Assembly (NCBI GenBank): GCA_021513695.1
Contig: CP084166.1
Coordinates: 2,688,001 to 2,752,000, forward strand
Reading direction: 5' to 3'
From: Candidatus Heimdallarchaeum aukensis
GTDB taxonomy: Archaea; Asgardarchaeota; Heimdallarchaeia; Heimdallarchaeales; Heimdallarchaeaceae
DNA length: 64,000 nt
In this document: piece by piece, positions 1 through 9,930 of the stretch
Layout of the letters: each line of letters starts with the position of its first letter
Numbering within the stretch: position 1 is the first letter of the stretch
Notes under the pieces: generated by a model
What the model was told of the DNA's origin: nothing
Database searches by the model: none
Seen by the model: the letters and a program-made list of their open reading frames with translations, nothing else
Made by a program: the position numbers and the translations under genes

Positions 1-152
1 GATTTTGGGATATTTTTGAACGGGCTAGAGATTCGAGAAAAGAAATTCTAATCCTAGAAGAGCAAATAAGAAACATGAAATTAGTTTTTTCCAACTAATT
101 TCTTATTTGTGACCGTGATAAACCTTATTAATTTAATGCAAGTTTTTCATTA

Positions 153-3125
153 ATGAATAGTCTAAATCCAAAGAAGGTAGGTAAAAAGCTCCAAAGGAGA
201 ATTAAAGGAAAAGTAGTTTGGGACAAAGTTTCTAGATACTTGTATTCCACCGATGCTAGTATCTATAAACTTATGCCCTTGATTGTTGCTCAACCTAAAT
301 GCACAGAAGATGTCCAAGAAATAGTAAAATTCTGTAATAAACACAAACTTTCTATTCATCCTCGAGGTGCAGGAACAGGGTTGGGAGGACAAGCTTTAGG
401 AGAGGGCGTGGTAATAGATTTTGCAAGATTTATGCGTAACATAATCGAAATTAACCTTGAAGAAGACTATGTCTGGACTGAGGTAGGAATAAAGGGTGCC
501 CCCTTACAAAAAAGATTAGGGGAATATAATAAATACATTCCTCCAGATCCAAGTAGTCAAGATTATGCTACCTTGGGTGGAATGATTGCAAATAATGCTT
601 CTGGCTCTCATTCTGTGAAATATGGTGATTGTGATAAATGGGTAGAAGAATTGGAAGTTGTTCTTGCAGACGGAAATGTAATTCATACTAAAGAATACGA
701 TATTGAGAGTGAAGAGTTTAAAAGAATATTAGAAAAGGATACACTAGAATCATACATATATAAAAACCTGTTAGAACTTTGGAAAAAGAATGAAGAAAAA
801 ATAAAGAAAGCTTATCCTCCTGTCCCACATAATGCTACAGGATATGAACTTAGAAAACTGATTTACGACGGAAAAATAAATCTTACAAGGTTATTTGTTG
901 GTTCTGAAGGTACATTTGGGGTTATAACAAAAGCAAAAATGAGAATCAAGACCAAACCAAAATACAAAGTTCTTTCAACAGTCTATTTTGATGATTTAGT
1001 AAAAGCAGGAAAGGCAATTCAATATATTTTAGAACAAGATCCAGCAGCCATTGAATTACTAGGTAAAAAACTTCTAAATATGGCAAGAGAACGATATCCT
1101 TCTCTAGATAAGAAACTACCTAAAGAATTAGATACGATGCTTTTAGTTGAATTTGAAGGAGATGACTTAGAAGAATGCAAAAAGCTAACTGAAATTACAA
1201 AAAAGAAAGTTACTCAAACTGAAAAACTAGCTTTTGAATTTCTCTCGGCAGAAGATCCTGAAGAACAAGCTAATCTATGGGAAGCAAGAAAGTCTGCTGT
1301 GCCACTTTTGTATAAAATTAAAGGAGATAAGAAAATAATTGCATTAATTGAAGATGCAGTAGTTCCTCCAGAGCATCTAGCAAGATATGTAACAGAATTG
1401 GAGAAAGCTTGTAAAGATCTGGGAGTTGAATTTATTGCATATGGACATGCAGCAAAAGGATTACTACACAATCGCCCTCTAATAGATATGAAAAACCCTG
1501 AAGATATAAAGAAAATGCAAAAGTTAGCAGATAAAAGCTTTGAACTAGTTAAGGAGCTTGGGGGCGCAATAAGCGGTGAGCATTCAGATGGAAGGATAAG
1601 GGCGAAGTATATAAAACCACAATATGGAGAAGAAGTTTTTAATATTTTTAGAGAAGTAAAAAGAACCTTTGACCCTGAAAACATGTTCAATCCTGATATT
1701 AAAGTAATGGCTAAAGAAGATGTTCAAATTAGTAATTTGAAATTTGGAGAAAAATACAAGCCCAAAGCTCATAACACAATTCTAAACCTTGGTTCAGAAG
1801 AATATCAAAGAATCATTGAGACATGTATTGGTTGCGGAAAGTGTGGTATCGACGAACCAATTCTAGTTATGTGCCCAGTATATAAAGGTAAGCCTTACGA
1901 GCACACTTTAACTAGAGGAAAGAATAACATACTCAGAGGATATATTGAAGGAGAATTTACTCTTAAAGAATTACTAGAAAACGATGTCTTTGAGTTTATT
2001 ATTTACAATTGTGTGAATTGTCAGCAATGTATGTATGATTGTCCAAGCGAGGTAGACACAGCTATTTTGATGACAGAAATGAAAATACAATACATGGAAT
2101 ACCATAAACCTACATTGAAAAACCTATTTTCAACAATCAAATTACACAGAACTTTCCATTGGACTTATCAATATTTACGTAATTTTTCACTTGCTAAAAT
2201 AGATCTTATAGGGAAATTGGCATCGATATTTTCTCCTTTCTCTAATTGGATGACTAGTTTTATACTTACTAGATTCGGAATGCATTTGACAATAGGTATC
2301 GATTATAGGAGAAAGATGCCAGCTTTCCAAAGAAAGACATTCGTTAAATGGTGGAAGAAGCATCAAAAAACAGCTAATGCTGAAGAACCAAAGAAAGAAA
2401 AACTAAAAGTCGTTTATTTCCATGGTTGTTCAGCAAATACGATTACACCTGAAGTAGGAAAATCAACTGTTGAATTGTTAGAAAAACTAGGTGTAGAAGT
2501 TGTTGTACCTCCACAAAAATGCTGTGGAAGTCCAGCTTATTCTTATGGTGCTAAGAGTGTTCTAGATAAAAATGTTAAATTCAATTTAGATAGCTTAAGT
2601 CAATATTTAGATGATGGTTGTGATGCAATTGTTACTAGTTGTACTAGTTGTTCTCTTGCTCTTAAAAGTGAATATAAACATATAACTAACAATGAGAAAG
2701 CATTGAAGGTTTCTGAAAAAACCTTTCTTACTACTGAATTTGTTGATAAACTATTAAAAGAAAATAAGCTGGATGTTGAATTCAAGCCAGTTAAAGCTAA
2801 AGTACTCTATCATACATCATGCCACTTAAAAGCACAAAGAGAAATTACAACTATTTCTTTTGATCTCCTCAATAAAATACCAGAACTCGAAGTGGAAAAA
2901 GGTCCAAATACTTGCTGTGGTGTTTCTGGAAGTTGGGGAATGAAAAAAGAAAATTACTACGCTTCAATGAAAATCGGACATTGGCTTTTTGATTCTGTAA
3001 AACAAGAAGATATTGATGTTGCTGTCACAGATTGCCCAACTTGTAAAATGCAAATTGAGCATGGAACATCTAAAGAAGTTGATCATCCAGTGATTCTTCT
3101 TTACAAGTCAATAACTGTTAAATAA
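153..3125 (+). CDS. Fused FAD-linked oxidase (GlcD-like) / Fe-S + CCG-domain (GlpC/GlcF-like) dehydrogenase. Putative D-lactate or glycolate dehydrogenase.
   Basis: N-terminal FAD-binding oxidase region ('HPRGAGTGLGGQAL', 'GTFGVITKAKMRI'). The C-terminal half carries two ferredoxin-type motifs ('CIGCGKCGIDEPILVMCP', 'CVNCQQCMYDCP') and two CCG-like cysteine motifs ('KCCGSPAY', 'TCCGVSGSWG'). 990 aa single ORF. Confidence 0.7.
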   Translation: MNSLNPKKVGKKLQRRIKGKVVWDKVSRYLYSTDASIYKLMPLIVAQPKCTEDVQEIVKFCNKHKLSIHPRGAGTGLGGQALGEGVVIDFARFMRNIIEINLEEDYVWTEVGIKGAPLQKRLGEYNKYIPPDPSSQDYATLGGMIANNASGSHSVKYGDCDKWVEELEVVLADGNVIHTKEYDIESEEFKRILEKDTLESYIYKNLLELWKKNEEKIKKAYPPVPHNATGYELRKLIYDGKINLTRLFVGSEGTFGVITKAKMRIKTKPKYKVLSTVYFDDLVKAGKAIQYILEQDPAAIELLGKKLLNMARERYPSLDKKLPKELDTMLLVEFEGDDLEECKKLTEITKKKVTQTEKLAFEFLSAEDPEEQANLWEARKSAVPLLYKIKGDKKIIALIEDAVVPPEHLARYVTELEKACKDLGVEFIAYGHAAKGLLHNRPLIDMKNPEDIKKMQKLADKSFELVKELGGAISGEHSDGRIRAKYIKPQYGEEVFNIFREVKRTFDPENMFNPDIKVMAKEDVQISNLKFGEKYKPKAHNTILNLGSEEYQRIIETCIGCGKCGIDEPILVMCPVYKGKPYEHTLTRGKNNILRGYIEGEFTLKELLENDVFEFIIYNCVNCQQCMYDCPSEVDTAILMTEMKIQYMEYHKPTLKNLFSTIKLHRTFHWTYQYLRNFSLAKIDLIGKLASIFSPFSNWMTSFILTRFGMHLTIGIDYRRKMPAFQRKTFVKWWKKHQKTANAEEPKKEKLKVVYFHGCSANTITPEVGKSTVELLEKLGVEVVVPPQKCCGSPAYSYGAKSVLDKNVKFNLDSLSQYLDDGCDAIVTSCTSCSLALKSEYKHITNNEKALKVSEKTFLTTEFVDKLLKENKLDVEFKPVKAKVLYHTSCHLKAQREITTISFDLLNKIPELEVEKGPNTCCGVSGSWGMKKENYYASMKIGHWLFDSVKQEDIDVAVTDCPTCKMQIEHGTSKEVDHPVILLYKSITVK

Positions 3126-3202
3126 TAAAATACAGCAAATCTGATTTTTTCTTTTTCATTTTTTTTCAAATAGCAAAGAATTTATAGTTCAATCTGAACA
3201 TA

Positions 3203-4180
3203 TTGTTGTTAAACATGAGCGAAACAGAACCTTGTCCTTATTGTTTTAGAGAAATTAAAAAAGGGGTAAATTTTTGTAAATATTGTGGCTCTGCAATAAA
3301 ATATTGTCCAGAATGTAATTCTGCAAATAAAGCTGAAAGCCTTTTCTGTAGTTCTTGTGGAAAAGATATTAGAGATATCATCGCGAAAAAGAGAGAGACA
3401 GAGCCTCCAATCTCTCATCGCGTTGTTGGTCCAACTGCAAGTCAAAAAATAGTTATGTGGCCTCCTCCAGGCCAATTTTTTCCAACACAACCAAAATATA
3501 GACCTTATCAAACACCAGAGGAACAATTATTTGGAACAGCAGATAAACAAGAGTCTTTTCAACCAAAAATCGTTTATCCTTATTCGAAGGTAGCAATACT
3601 CGGGTTCTTGAGAGGTCCAATCTCAACTTCAAAAGTTTTTTCTTCTGTTATTGAAGCATTTGCTTATGGACTGTCTCTCATTGCCGCAGGAGTGTTAATC
3701 ATAAGTTTAAGTTTTCTTTTTCTCCAAACTTTGATCTTACCAATAATAGGATTGCTGTGGGGAGGAACTTTAATTCTATCTGCTCCTTTTTTCGGTATGT
3801 ATTTTGTTACTTCAAGCTGGTTATATAAAGCATTTAAAATTAAAAAACCTGTTAGCGATATGACTATATTGTGGAACTATCTGTTTAGTATAATTTTCTT
3901 TTCCTTTATTTCGCTCATTTTATTACCTTTGCTCGCAACAAACACTCTATTTGCTACAATTTTTGGGATAATAGCTTTAATTGTTATCTTTGCTGTATTA
4001 ATTGTGATCCCACTAAAAGCTTTTCTTATTGACTTAGCCTACGTAAAAGCAGCTGTAATGGAACGAGAGAGTCAAAAAGATAAAGAAGAAACTTCAGATG
4101 AAGATAAAACTCAAAACGATAAAGAGGAAGTTGAAGAAACAAAAAAAGAAGCTTATAAAATAGAAAAAAAGGAAAGTTAA
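3203..4180 (+). CDS. Membrane protein with an N-terminal double zinc-ribbon, a Pro-rich linker, about 4 TM helices and a charged K/E-rich tail
   Basis: 'CPYCFREIKKGVNFCKYCGSAIKYCPECNSANKAESLFCSSCGKDI' gives two CxxC...CxxC ribbons. Long hydrophobic segments follow, then 'ERESQKDKEETSDEDKTQNDKEEVEETKKE'. Confidence 0.5.
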   Translation: MLLNMSETEPCPYCFREIKKGVNFCKYCGSAIKYCPECNSANKAESLFCSSCGKDIRDIIAKKRETEPPISHRVVGPTASQKIVMWPPPGQFFPTQPKYRPYQTPEEQLFGTADKQESFQPKIVYPYSKVAILGFLRGPISTSKVFSSVIEAFAYGLSLIAAGVLIISLSFLFLQTLILPIIGLLWGGTLILSAPFFGMYFVTSSWLYKAFKIKKPVSDMTILWNYLFSIIFFSFISLILLPLLATNTLFATIFGIIALIVIFAVLIVIPLKAFLIDLAYVKAAVMERESQKDKEETSDEDKTQNDKEEVEETKKEAYKIEKKES

Positions 4181-4758
4181 ACTAATCTTTGAACCAATTT
4201 TACTGTCTTATTATCTTCAGCAATATCCACTATTCCATTATTCCTCAAGTCATAAAGAGCTTTCATAACTGCTGCAGGAGTTATTCCCGTTGTTTTTACT
4301 ATCTCATCTCTTGTCCATTCTTCTTTATCTGTGCCTTGCAATAATAACAGAATTTTGGTGTGAGGATTCGCTGCAAAGACATTTTCAAATAGTATAGAAT
4401 AAATTGCAAGTAGCTCTTCAATATCCATTTCTTTAGCTTTTTCAGCAGCTAACTCTTCATACAATGTTCTAAATTTTGACATAGATTCTTCAAGATTATT
4501 TAACTTTTCTTCATATTCTTTGTTTTTTTGCTCTAATTCATTGACTTTCTCAAGTTTTTCTTTAGTCTCAATGGCTAATTTTTCAAGTTCAGCTTCCTTC
4601 TCTTTTAACTCTTTAGAGTATCTTTTATTTGCTTTCTCTAAATTTTCTGCATATTCAATTAGACCAAGTAAAAGGACGGGTAATTGCTCAAAGTTATCTT
4701 TAATAGAAAAATAAAGTTCTTTAAATTCCTTTAAAGTATTTGAATCTAAGTTTGTCAT
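4177..4758 (-). CDS. Coiled-coil protein with a C-terminal winged-helix (MarR/TrmB-like) domain
   Basis: Residues ~40-105 are heptad-rich K/E/L ('KELKEKEAELEKLAIETKEKLEKVNELEQKNKEYEEKLNNLEE'). The C-terminus 'WTRDEIVKTTGITPAAVMKALYDLRNNGIVDIAEDNKTVKLV' fits a wHTH pattern. Confidence 0.45.
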   Translation of the reverse strand: MTNLDSNTLKEFKELYFSIKDNFEQLPVLLLGLIEYAENLEKANKRYSKELKEKEAELEKLAIETKEKLEKVNELEQKNKEYEEKLNNLEESMSKFRTLYEELAAEKAKEMDIEELLAIYSILFENVFAANPHTKILLLLQGTDKEEWTRDEIVKTTGITPAAVMKALYDLRNNGIVDIAEDNKTVKLVQRLV

Positions 4759-5016
4759 AATACTTTAACTATAATAATTATAGTATTTATTTGTTTTGTA
4801 AAATTATTAGCTAATATTAAATTTAAAGATTTAAACAAGTTATTCATCCTGTTTTCAAATAGAGAGGTGTTTAACTTTCTCTTTTATCTTAATTGACTTG
4901 ATTTTTGTGCAAAGTGGTTGTACGCCAATCTTGTTATCGGGAAAGTTCTATGAATGGTAATGTCTTAATACACAAAACCAAGAACCGGATTAATGTAAAA
5001 AAGCAATTATGAAAAA

Positions 5017-5451
5017 TCAAGTTGATGAGATAATTTCAATTTTATCTCCTACAGATATAATGCCTGGTCTAACGACTTTTGCGAAAATTCCTTCTTCTAT
5101 CATAGCTTTCTTTTTCTCATATTCTTCTGGACTAAATTGCTCTTTTGGTTTTCCTATCTGAACGATTTCTAAAACAACCTTATTTATTTTTATTTTAGTA
5201 CCTATTGGTTTATTATTGAGTTCAATTCCGTCGATTGTTAGATTTTCAAAAAGATCTCCATAACTTAGTTTATCTGGGTTTTTCATAAGTTTTTGAATAC
5301 TCTTTATACTTAATAATGAAACTTGTTTATCCCAATTTCCTGAATGAGAATCTCCTTTTAAACCCAAATTAGTTACTTCTACGGTATTAATGTTCTTTTT
5401 TGGCAATTCTCTCTTTGGGCTAATGTTTACAGCTAAAACTGTACCAATCAT
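5017..5451 (-). CDS. MOSC-domain protein (YiiM-like; Mo-cofactor sulfurase C-terminal family)
   Basis: 144 aa. 'MIGTVLAVNISPKR...GLKGDSHSGNWDKQVSLLS...IDGIELNNKPIGTKIKI' matches the MOSC beta-barrel pattern. Sits next to MoaD-like and AOR genes. Confidence 0.55.
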   Translation of the reverse strand: MIGTVLAVNISPKRELPKKNINTVEVTNLGLKGDSHSGNWDKQVSLLSIKSIQKLMKNPDKLSYGDLFENLTIDGIELNNKPIGTKIKINKVVLEIVQIGKPKEQFSPEEYEKKKAMIEEGIFAKVVRPGIISVGDKIEIISST

Positions 5452-5520
5452 AAGAGAAAAAAAATAAATGAAAAGTTAAATTTTTCGTAATTTATGAAGA
5501 ATGGAATTACTGAAAAATCA

Positions 5521-5760
5521 TTATCCTCCTCCAATAGGTGGAAACAGTGAGATAGTACAATTGTCTTCTAACAGTTCGCTTTTAGATACTTTTTTCCCGT
5601 TTAAGAGAATAAGATGAATTTCTTCAGGTTTAAAATCTAGTTTTTTTATTACATCTTCAACAGTAGCATTTTCATCAACATCTAATTCTAAAGGATTTAA
5701 ATCGTTAACATGTGGATATTTTTGTCTTAGGTAAGCAAATACTTTGACATAAATTTTCAA
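5521..5760 (-). CDS. MoaD/ThiS-family beta-grasp sulfur-carrier / ubiquitin-like small protein with a C-terminal Gly-Gly
   Basis: 79 aa ending '...ISLFPPIGGG'. The size and GG terminus are typical of MoaD/SAMP proteins. Confidence 0.6.
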   Translation of the reverse strand: MKIYVKVFAYLRQKYPHVNDLNPLELDVDENATVEDVIKKLDFKPEEIHLILLNGKKVSKSELLEDNCTISLFPPIGGG

Positions 5761-5806
5761 CTAATTAATCACCTTTGTTGAGTAATAGAAAAAAAAATAA
5801 AAGAGG

Positions 5807-7651
5807 TTATATTTCAAGTTCTAATTCTTTAATTTTTTCGGGTGTAGGAATACCATCTTCCCATCCACGTAGCTTATAATACTCTTGTTTCATTTGTTCT
5901 AATTCAACAATTTGTCCTTCTGATGCTCCTTCTGGCATCTTTTCCTCAAGTAGTCGTTTAGGTAATGTGTCATCTTTTCCAGATATTCCTAACTTATTTA
6001 GGATCATCCTTTCTAAATTAGTTATTCTTTCACCTGTCTTCAATAGTTCATCGGTTGTTACGTCCCAACCAGTTACTGGGCCTATCATTTCAGCATACTC
6101 ATCTAAACCAAGAGCAAAAGTTAAGAATAAACAATTAACGCTTGAATTTACTACACTAGTGAAATCTTGGAACGTTTTAGTTAGTTCAGCTTTTCCTTCT
6201 ATTGTGAATCTATCAACATCTCCTAGAACTTCTGCAGCAATAGTATAACCTGTGACATGGCAACCTCCTCGATTAGCTGTAGCATAATTTAATCCAATGC
6301 CTTTTGCTCCTCGTGGGTCATATGCTGGCATTTCTAAACCTTTTACTGACATCGATAATTCAGGAGCTCCATAATGTTCACACATTTTACGTGATCCTTC
6401 TCCAATCCAATAACCTAAACCTTGTCTAAAGGCAGCCATCCATGTGAGTTCTACAATAGCATCAGGGTTTCCAAATTCTACTTTTAATCCTTGTAAATCT
6501 TCTTCAGGTATTAACCCTTTTTCATTTAATTCCATCGCTGCAGCAATTGTGGAGCCAATAGATATCGGATCCATACCAAAGATGTCACAATAGTGGTTAG
6601 CTCGAATAACAGCTCCCATATTGTTGACATTTGTTGTACCTCCTAGTGCCCAAATTGCTTCATATTCAGGACCTTCTGTAAATGAAATCTTATAAGGGCC
6701 AAGTTCAACCTTTGTTTTTCTTCCACAAGCAACAACACAACCCCAACATGGGTGTTTGGAAATCAAATATTTCTCTGTCAAAGTCTCTCCTGAAATATTT
6801 TCTGCTTCTTTATCTACTCCTGTTTGCCAATTTTTAGTCGGGAAAAGACCATTTTGATTGATTATATTAACTAATACTGCAGTTCCATAAGTAGGTAAAC
6901 CTTCTCCTGTGACTCCATTTTCTTTTAGTTTTTCAACATGTTCTTTTACTTTTGTTTCAAATTCCTCTTGTTTAGCAATTTGTGGCTTAGCATTTCCATC
7001 TACAATTATGGCTTTTAACTTCTTTGAACCCATTATAGCTCCTAAACCTGTTCTACCGGCTGCTCTGTGTATTTCATTCATAATTACGGCACAAGGAACA
7101 AGATTTTCTCCTGCTGGGCCTATGCAACTAACTCCTGCTCTTTTTCTTTCGTGTTTTGATTGTAACCACTTTGTAGTGTCTATAGTATTTTTACCCCATA
7201 TTTCGCTAGCATCATGTAATTCTGGTTTTCCATCAATAATAGACAAGTAAACGGGTGTATCACTCTTTCCTTCAATAACAATTCCATCGTATCCTGCAAA
7301 TTTAAGCTTTGCACCCCAAGTACCACCAGTATTTCCAGAACCAATAGATCCTGTGAGAGGAGATTTCAAAGCCATTACATGATGTCTACCACTATTTGGA
7401 GAACGTGTTCCTGTAACTGGGCCTGTAGAAAAGAATAAAACGTTGTCAGGTGATAAAGCATCCATCTCTTTTAAATCTACACCTTTTTTTTCTAATTCTT
7501 TTGCATAATTCCAAAGATAGTAAACAGCTAAACCTTTTCCTCCAATAAATTTGCGTAGTATATCTTCTGGGAAATCAAAATCAGACATTTCTTTTGAACT
7601 TAGATTAACTTTTAACCATTTTCCCATATATCCATAATTCATTTTGCTCAC
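5807..7651 (-). CDS. aor: Aldehyde:ferredoxin oxidoreductase (tungsten/molybdopterin AOR family), canonical length
   Basis: 614 aa. N-terminal AFOR_N-like ('GGKGLAVYYLW', 'GPVTGT...SPLTGSIGSGNTGGTWGAKLKFAGYDGIVIEGKS'). The C-terminal AOR catalytic domain is collinear with the second AOR paralog at 53557..55935. Confidence 0.85.
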   Translation of the reverse strand: MSKMNYGYMGKWLKVNLSSKEMSDFDFPEDILRKFIGGKGLAVYYLWNYAKELEKKGVDLKEMDALSPDNVLFFSTGPVTGTRSPNSGRHHVMALKSPLTGSIGSGNTGGTWGAKLKFAGYDGIVIEGKSDTPVYLSIIDGKPELHDASEIWGKNTIDTTKWLQSKHERKRAGVSCIGPAGENLVPCAVIMNEIHRAAGRTGLGAIMGSKKLKAIIVDGNAKPQIAKQEEFETKVKEHVEKLKENGVTGEGLPTYGTAVLVNIINQNGLFPTKNWQTGVDKEAENISGETLTEKYLISKHPCWGCVVACGRKTKVELGPYKISFTEGPEYEAIWALGGTTNVNNMGAVIRANHYCDIFGMDPISIGSTIAAAMELNEKGLIPEEDLQGLKVEFGNPDAIVELTWMAAFRQGLGYWIGEGSRKMCEHYGAPELSMSVKGLEMPAYDPRGAKGIGLNYATANRGGCHVTGYTIAAEVLGDVDRFTIEGKAELTKTFQDFTSVVNSSVNCLFLTFALGLDEYAEMIGPVTGWDVTTDELLKTGERITNLERMILNKLGISGKDDTLPKRLLEEKMPEGASEGQIVELEQMKQEYYKLRGWEDGIPTPEKIKELELEI

Positions 7652-7741
7652 CTCACGTGAACTACTGAAGTAAACTCTTTCACATATAAAAGATTTTTTG
7701 AAAATTACGAACTTTTTTAAATAGAACAGTTAAAAAAACTC

Positions 7742-9073
7742 TTGATATACTTGTCTAATTTCCCAGAAATAATACAAATTGAACCAACAAATTCATGTAA
7801 TTTCTCTTGCTCTATGTGTTTGTTGTCTTTATGGAAAAATGAGAAAAGAAACTCGATTTCTCTCTCTCTTTTTGAGCATATTGCGCAAGAAACATTTCCT
7901 CATATCTCGCGAGTAGTATTGTATGGAATGGGAGAACCTCTTACACATGAGAAATTTCTTGATCTACTCAGAATAGCAAGAAAATATCTGCAACCTGAAG
8001 GAACAATTGCATTTACGACAAATGGTTCATTATTTAATAACAATATGATTGATGAAGTTCTTGAAAACAATCTTGCAAATGAGATTGTTTTTTCATGTGA
8101 TACTTTTGAAGAAGAAGAGGAGTCATTAGGTCATTCTATGGCAGTAACCACAGTAAGAAAAAATCTGGATTATCTCTTAAAACATGAAAAACGAGGTAGA
8201 ATCAAAGTAGGAATCGAAATTGTTGTGATGAAGAGAAATTATAAATCTCTTGAAAAATCGATACAAATGTTCTGCGATAAGAAAGTGGATTTCATTACAG
8301 TTAGTCATATGTACCCATACAAAGAACATGTCCAAAATGAGACAATGTATACGATGCTTACAGAAGAAGCACTAGATATTTTTGAAGGGTCAGGAGAGAA
8401 ATGGGATGAGCTTATACTTGGTGTAACACGAGAAAAATTCGCAGAATCTATGCAGTTACAATATAGAGAATTATACAAATACAAAGACAGATTAGTAAAA
8501 AAGGAAAGGCCGTATTCAGAAAGATATAATGAATTATTATCTAAAGCAAAAAAGAAAAATGTTCTTTTAAACACTTCATTATACTTGAAAGAAAAAGAAA
8601 AATTAGAACGTTTAAGAGAACTTGAAACAATTTTCAAAAAAATTATTCAAATATCAAAAAAATCAGGGGTAAAAGTTTTTCTTCCTGATATTATCCCATC
8701 TTTTAAACGCAGAGAATGCCCCTATCAATCAAATAATGCTGTAGTTATAAGGTCAGATGGAGAAGTCGTTCCTTGTTTTAAATATCTTTATGATCATCCC
8801 TCATATTTGGATTATCATAGTAGAGAGTCTTCATTCTTTTCTTTTGGGAATGTGAAAAACAATTCTTTTTCAGAGATTTGGAATAGTGCTGATTTTACTT
8901 CTTTTAGAAACAAACTTAAAGATATGAATAAAAATGTTCCATACTGCGGAAACTGCAGTTTCTCGACAAATAATTGTTTTTATGTTACAGAAGGACAAAG
9001 TGATTGTTGGGGAAATGAACCTTTTTGTTCAGAATGTCCATATAGTTTGAATCTTACGAAATGTTTGCTTTAG
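7742..9073 (+). CDS. Radical SAM enzyme with a Cys-rich C-terminal SPASM/twitch-like domain
   Basis: 'EPTNSCNFSCSMC' matches CxxxCxxC. The C-terminus has 'RRECPYQ...VVPCFKY...PYCGNCSFSTNNCFY...CWGNEPFCSECPY'. Confidence 0.7.
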   Translation: MIYLSNFPEIIQIEPTNSCNFSCSMCLLSLWKNEKRNSISLSLFEHIAQETFPHISRVVLYGMGEPLTHEKFLDLLRIARKYLQPEGTIAFTTNGSLFNNNMIDEVLENNLANEIVFSCDTFEEEEESLGHSMAVTTVRKNLDYLLKHEKRGRIKVGIEIVVMKRNYKSLEKSIQMFCDKKVDFITVSHMYPYKEHVQNETMYTMLTEEALDIFEGSGEKWDELILGVTREKFAESMQLQYRELYKYKDRLVKKERPYSERYNELLSKAKKKNVLLNTSLYLKEKEKLERLRELETIFKKIIQISKKSGVKVFLPDIIPSFKRRECPYQSNNAVVIRSDGEVVPCFKYLYDHPSYLDYHSRESSFFSFGNVKNNSFSEIWNSADFTSFRNKLKDMNKNVPYCGNCSFSTNNCFYVTEGQSDCWGNEPFCSECPYSLNLTKCLL

Positions 9074-9204
9074 AGTTTGTTACAAGAATAAGAATGTTAC
9101 TAAAAACAAAAAAGTTCTTTACTTTGAATTATCACTTTATCTTTCGAATTCTATATTGAAAATTTCGTCTACTTTAAGTTTTTTATTTTGCAAAGAATTT
9201 TTAA

Positions 9205-9927
9205 ATGATTACTTTTTCAAAATCTTCGATGGAAGCTATAATTCTTTGTGGGGGATTAGGAACAAGAATTAGAACTATTACTCAAGATTCTATTCCTAAA
9301 GCAATGGTGAAAATTAAAGGTAAAACTATTTTAGAATGGGAAATAGAATGGTTGAATAAATATGGAATTGATCATGTTATTTTAGCAGTAAGACATTTGG
9401 CAGATTACATACAAAAAAACCTTGGTAATAGCTATCAAACTGAAATAGGTAAAGTAAAAATTACTTATAGTAAAGAACCAGAAAAACTTGGTTCAGGAGG
9501 AGCTGTTCGATTTGCTCAAAAACATGTTTCAGATGAGCAAGTTATTATTATGAATGGAGATGTTTTAACAAATTTTAACCTTAAAGAAATGATCGACGAA
9601 CATTTAAAAGGAAATTTAACAGGTACAATAGGCGTTTCAATGATGCGTAGTCCCTACGGGATAGTCGAATTTGATGATAACTTAGTAATATCAGAATTTA
9701 AAGAAAAACCTCTGCTTAATCATTGGATTCACTCTGGTGTTGACATCTTCCAAAAAAAGGTTTTACTTTCTTTTCCTGAAAAAGGTCAGATGGAGGACAC
9801 TATATTTGTAGAACTTGCAAAGAAAAAAGAACTTGCGGTGTTTAAAATAGAACCTAAATATTATTGGAGAAGTATCGATACAACAAAAGATTTCCAAGAA
9901 GCAGAAAAAGATTGGACAGGAATATAA
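9205..9927 (+). CDS. Sugar-phosphate nucleotidyltransferase (NTP_transferase family). The likely true start is at the internal 'MEAIILCGG' (~9229).
   Basis: 'AIILCGGLGTRIRTIT...IPKAMVKIKGKTILEW' is the G-x-G-T-R glycosyl-1-P nucleotidyltransferase signature. Confidence 0.65.
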   Translation: MITFSKSSMEAIILCGGLGTRIRTITQDSIPKAMVKIKGKTILEWEIEWLNKYGIDHVILAVRHLADYIQKNLGNSYQTEIGKVKITYSKEPEKLGSGGAVRFAQKHVSDEQVIIMNGDVLTNFNLKEMIDEHLKGNLTGTIGVSMMRSPYGIVEFDDNLVISEFKEKPLLNHWIHSGVDIFQKKVLLSFPEKGQMEDTIFVELAKKKELAVFKIEPKYYWRSIDTTKDFQEAEKDWTGI

Positions 9928-9930
9928 TTC

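Noticed and set aside
1214-1772. Antisense or overlapping short ORFs inside the large dehydrogenase gene. The same pattern recurs inside most long genes, for example 5967..6248, 6909..7250, 8305..8637, 19968..20174, 28723..28941, 29623..29904, 44405..44737, 45820..46161, 53067..53522, 57619..57810, 58537..58938, 59907..60182 and 60235..60555.
   Set aside because: All are fully embedded in well-supported genes on the opposite strand or in another frame. Their translations are low-complexity, with no motifs, and the AT-rich composition inflates spurious ORF length.
9074-9204. 21-codon ORF 'MLLKTKKFFTLNYHFIFRILY' in the spacer after the radical SAM gene. Considered as a precursor peptide for the SPASM enzyme.
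   Set aside because: No Cys/Ser/Thr-rich core, no leader-like features and no ribosome-binding site. Cannot be distinguished from chance in AT-rich spacer DNA.
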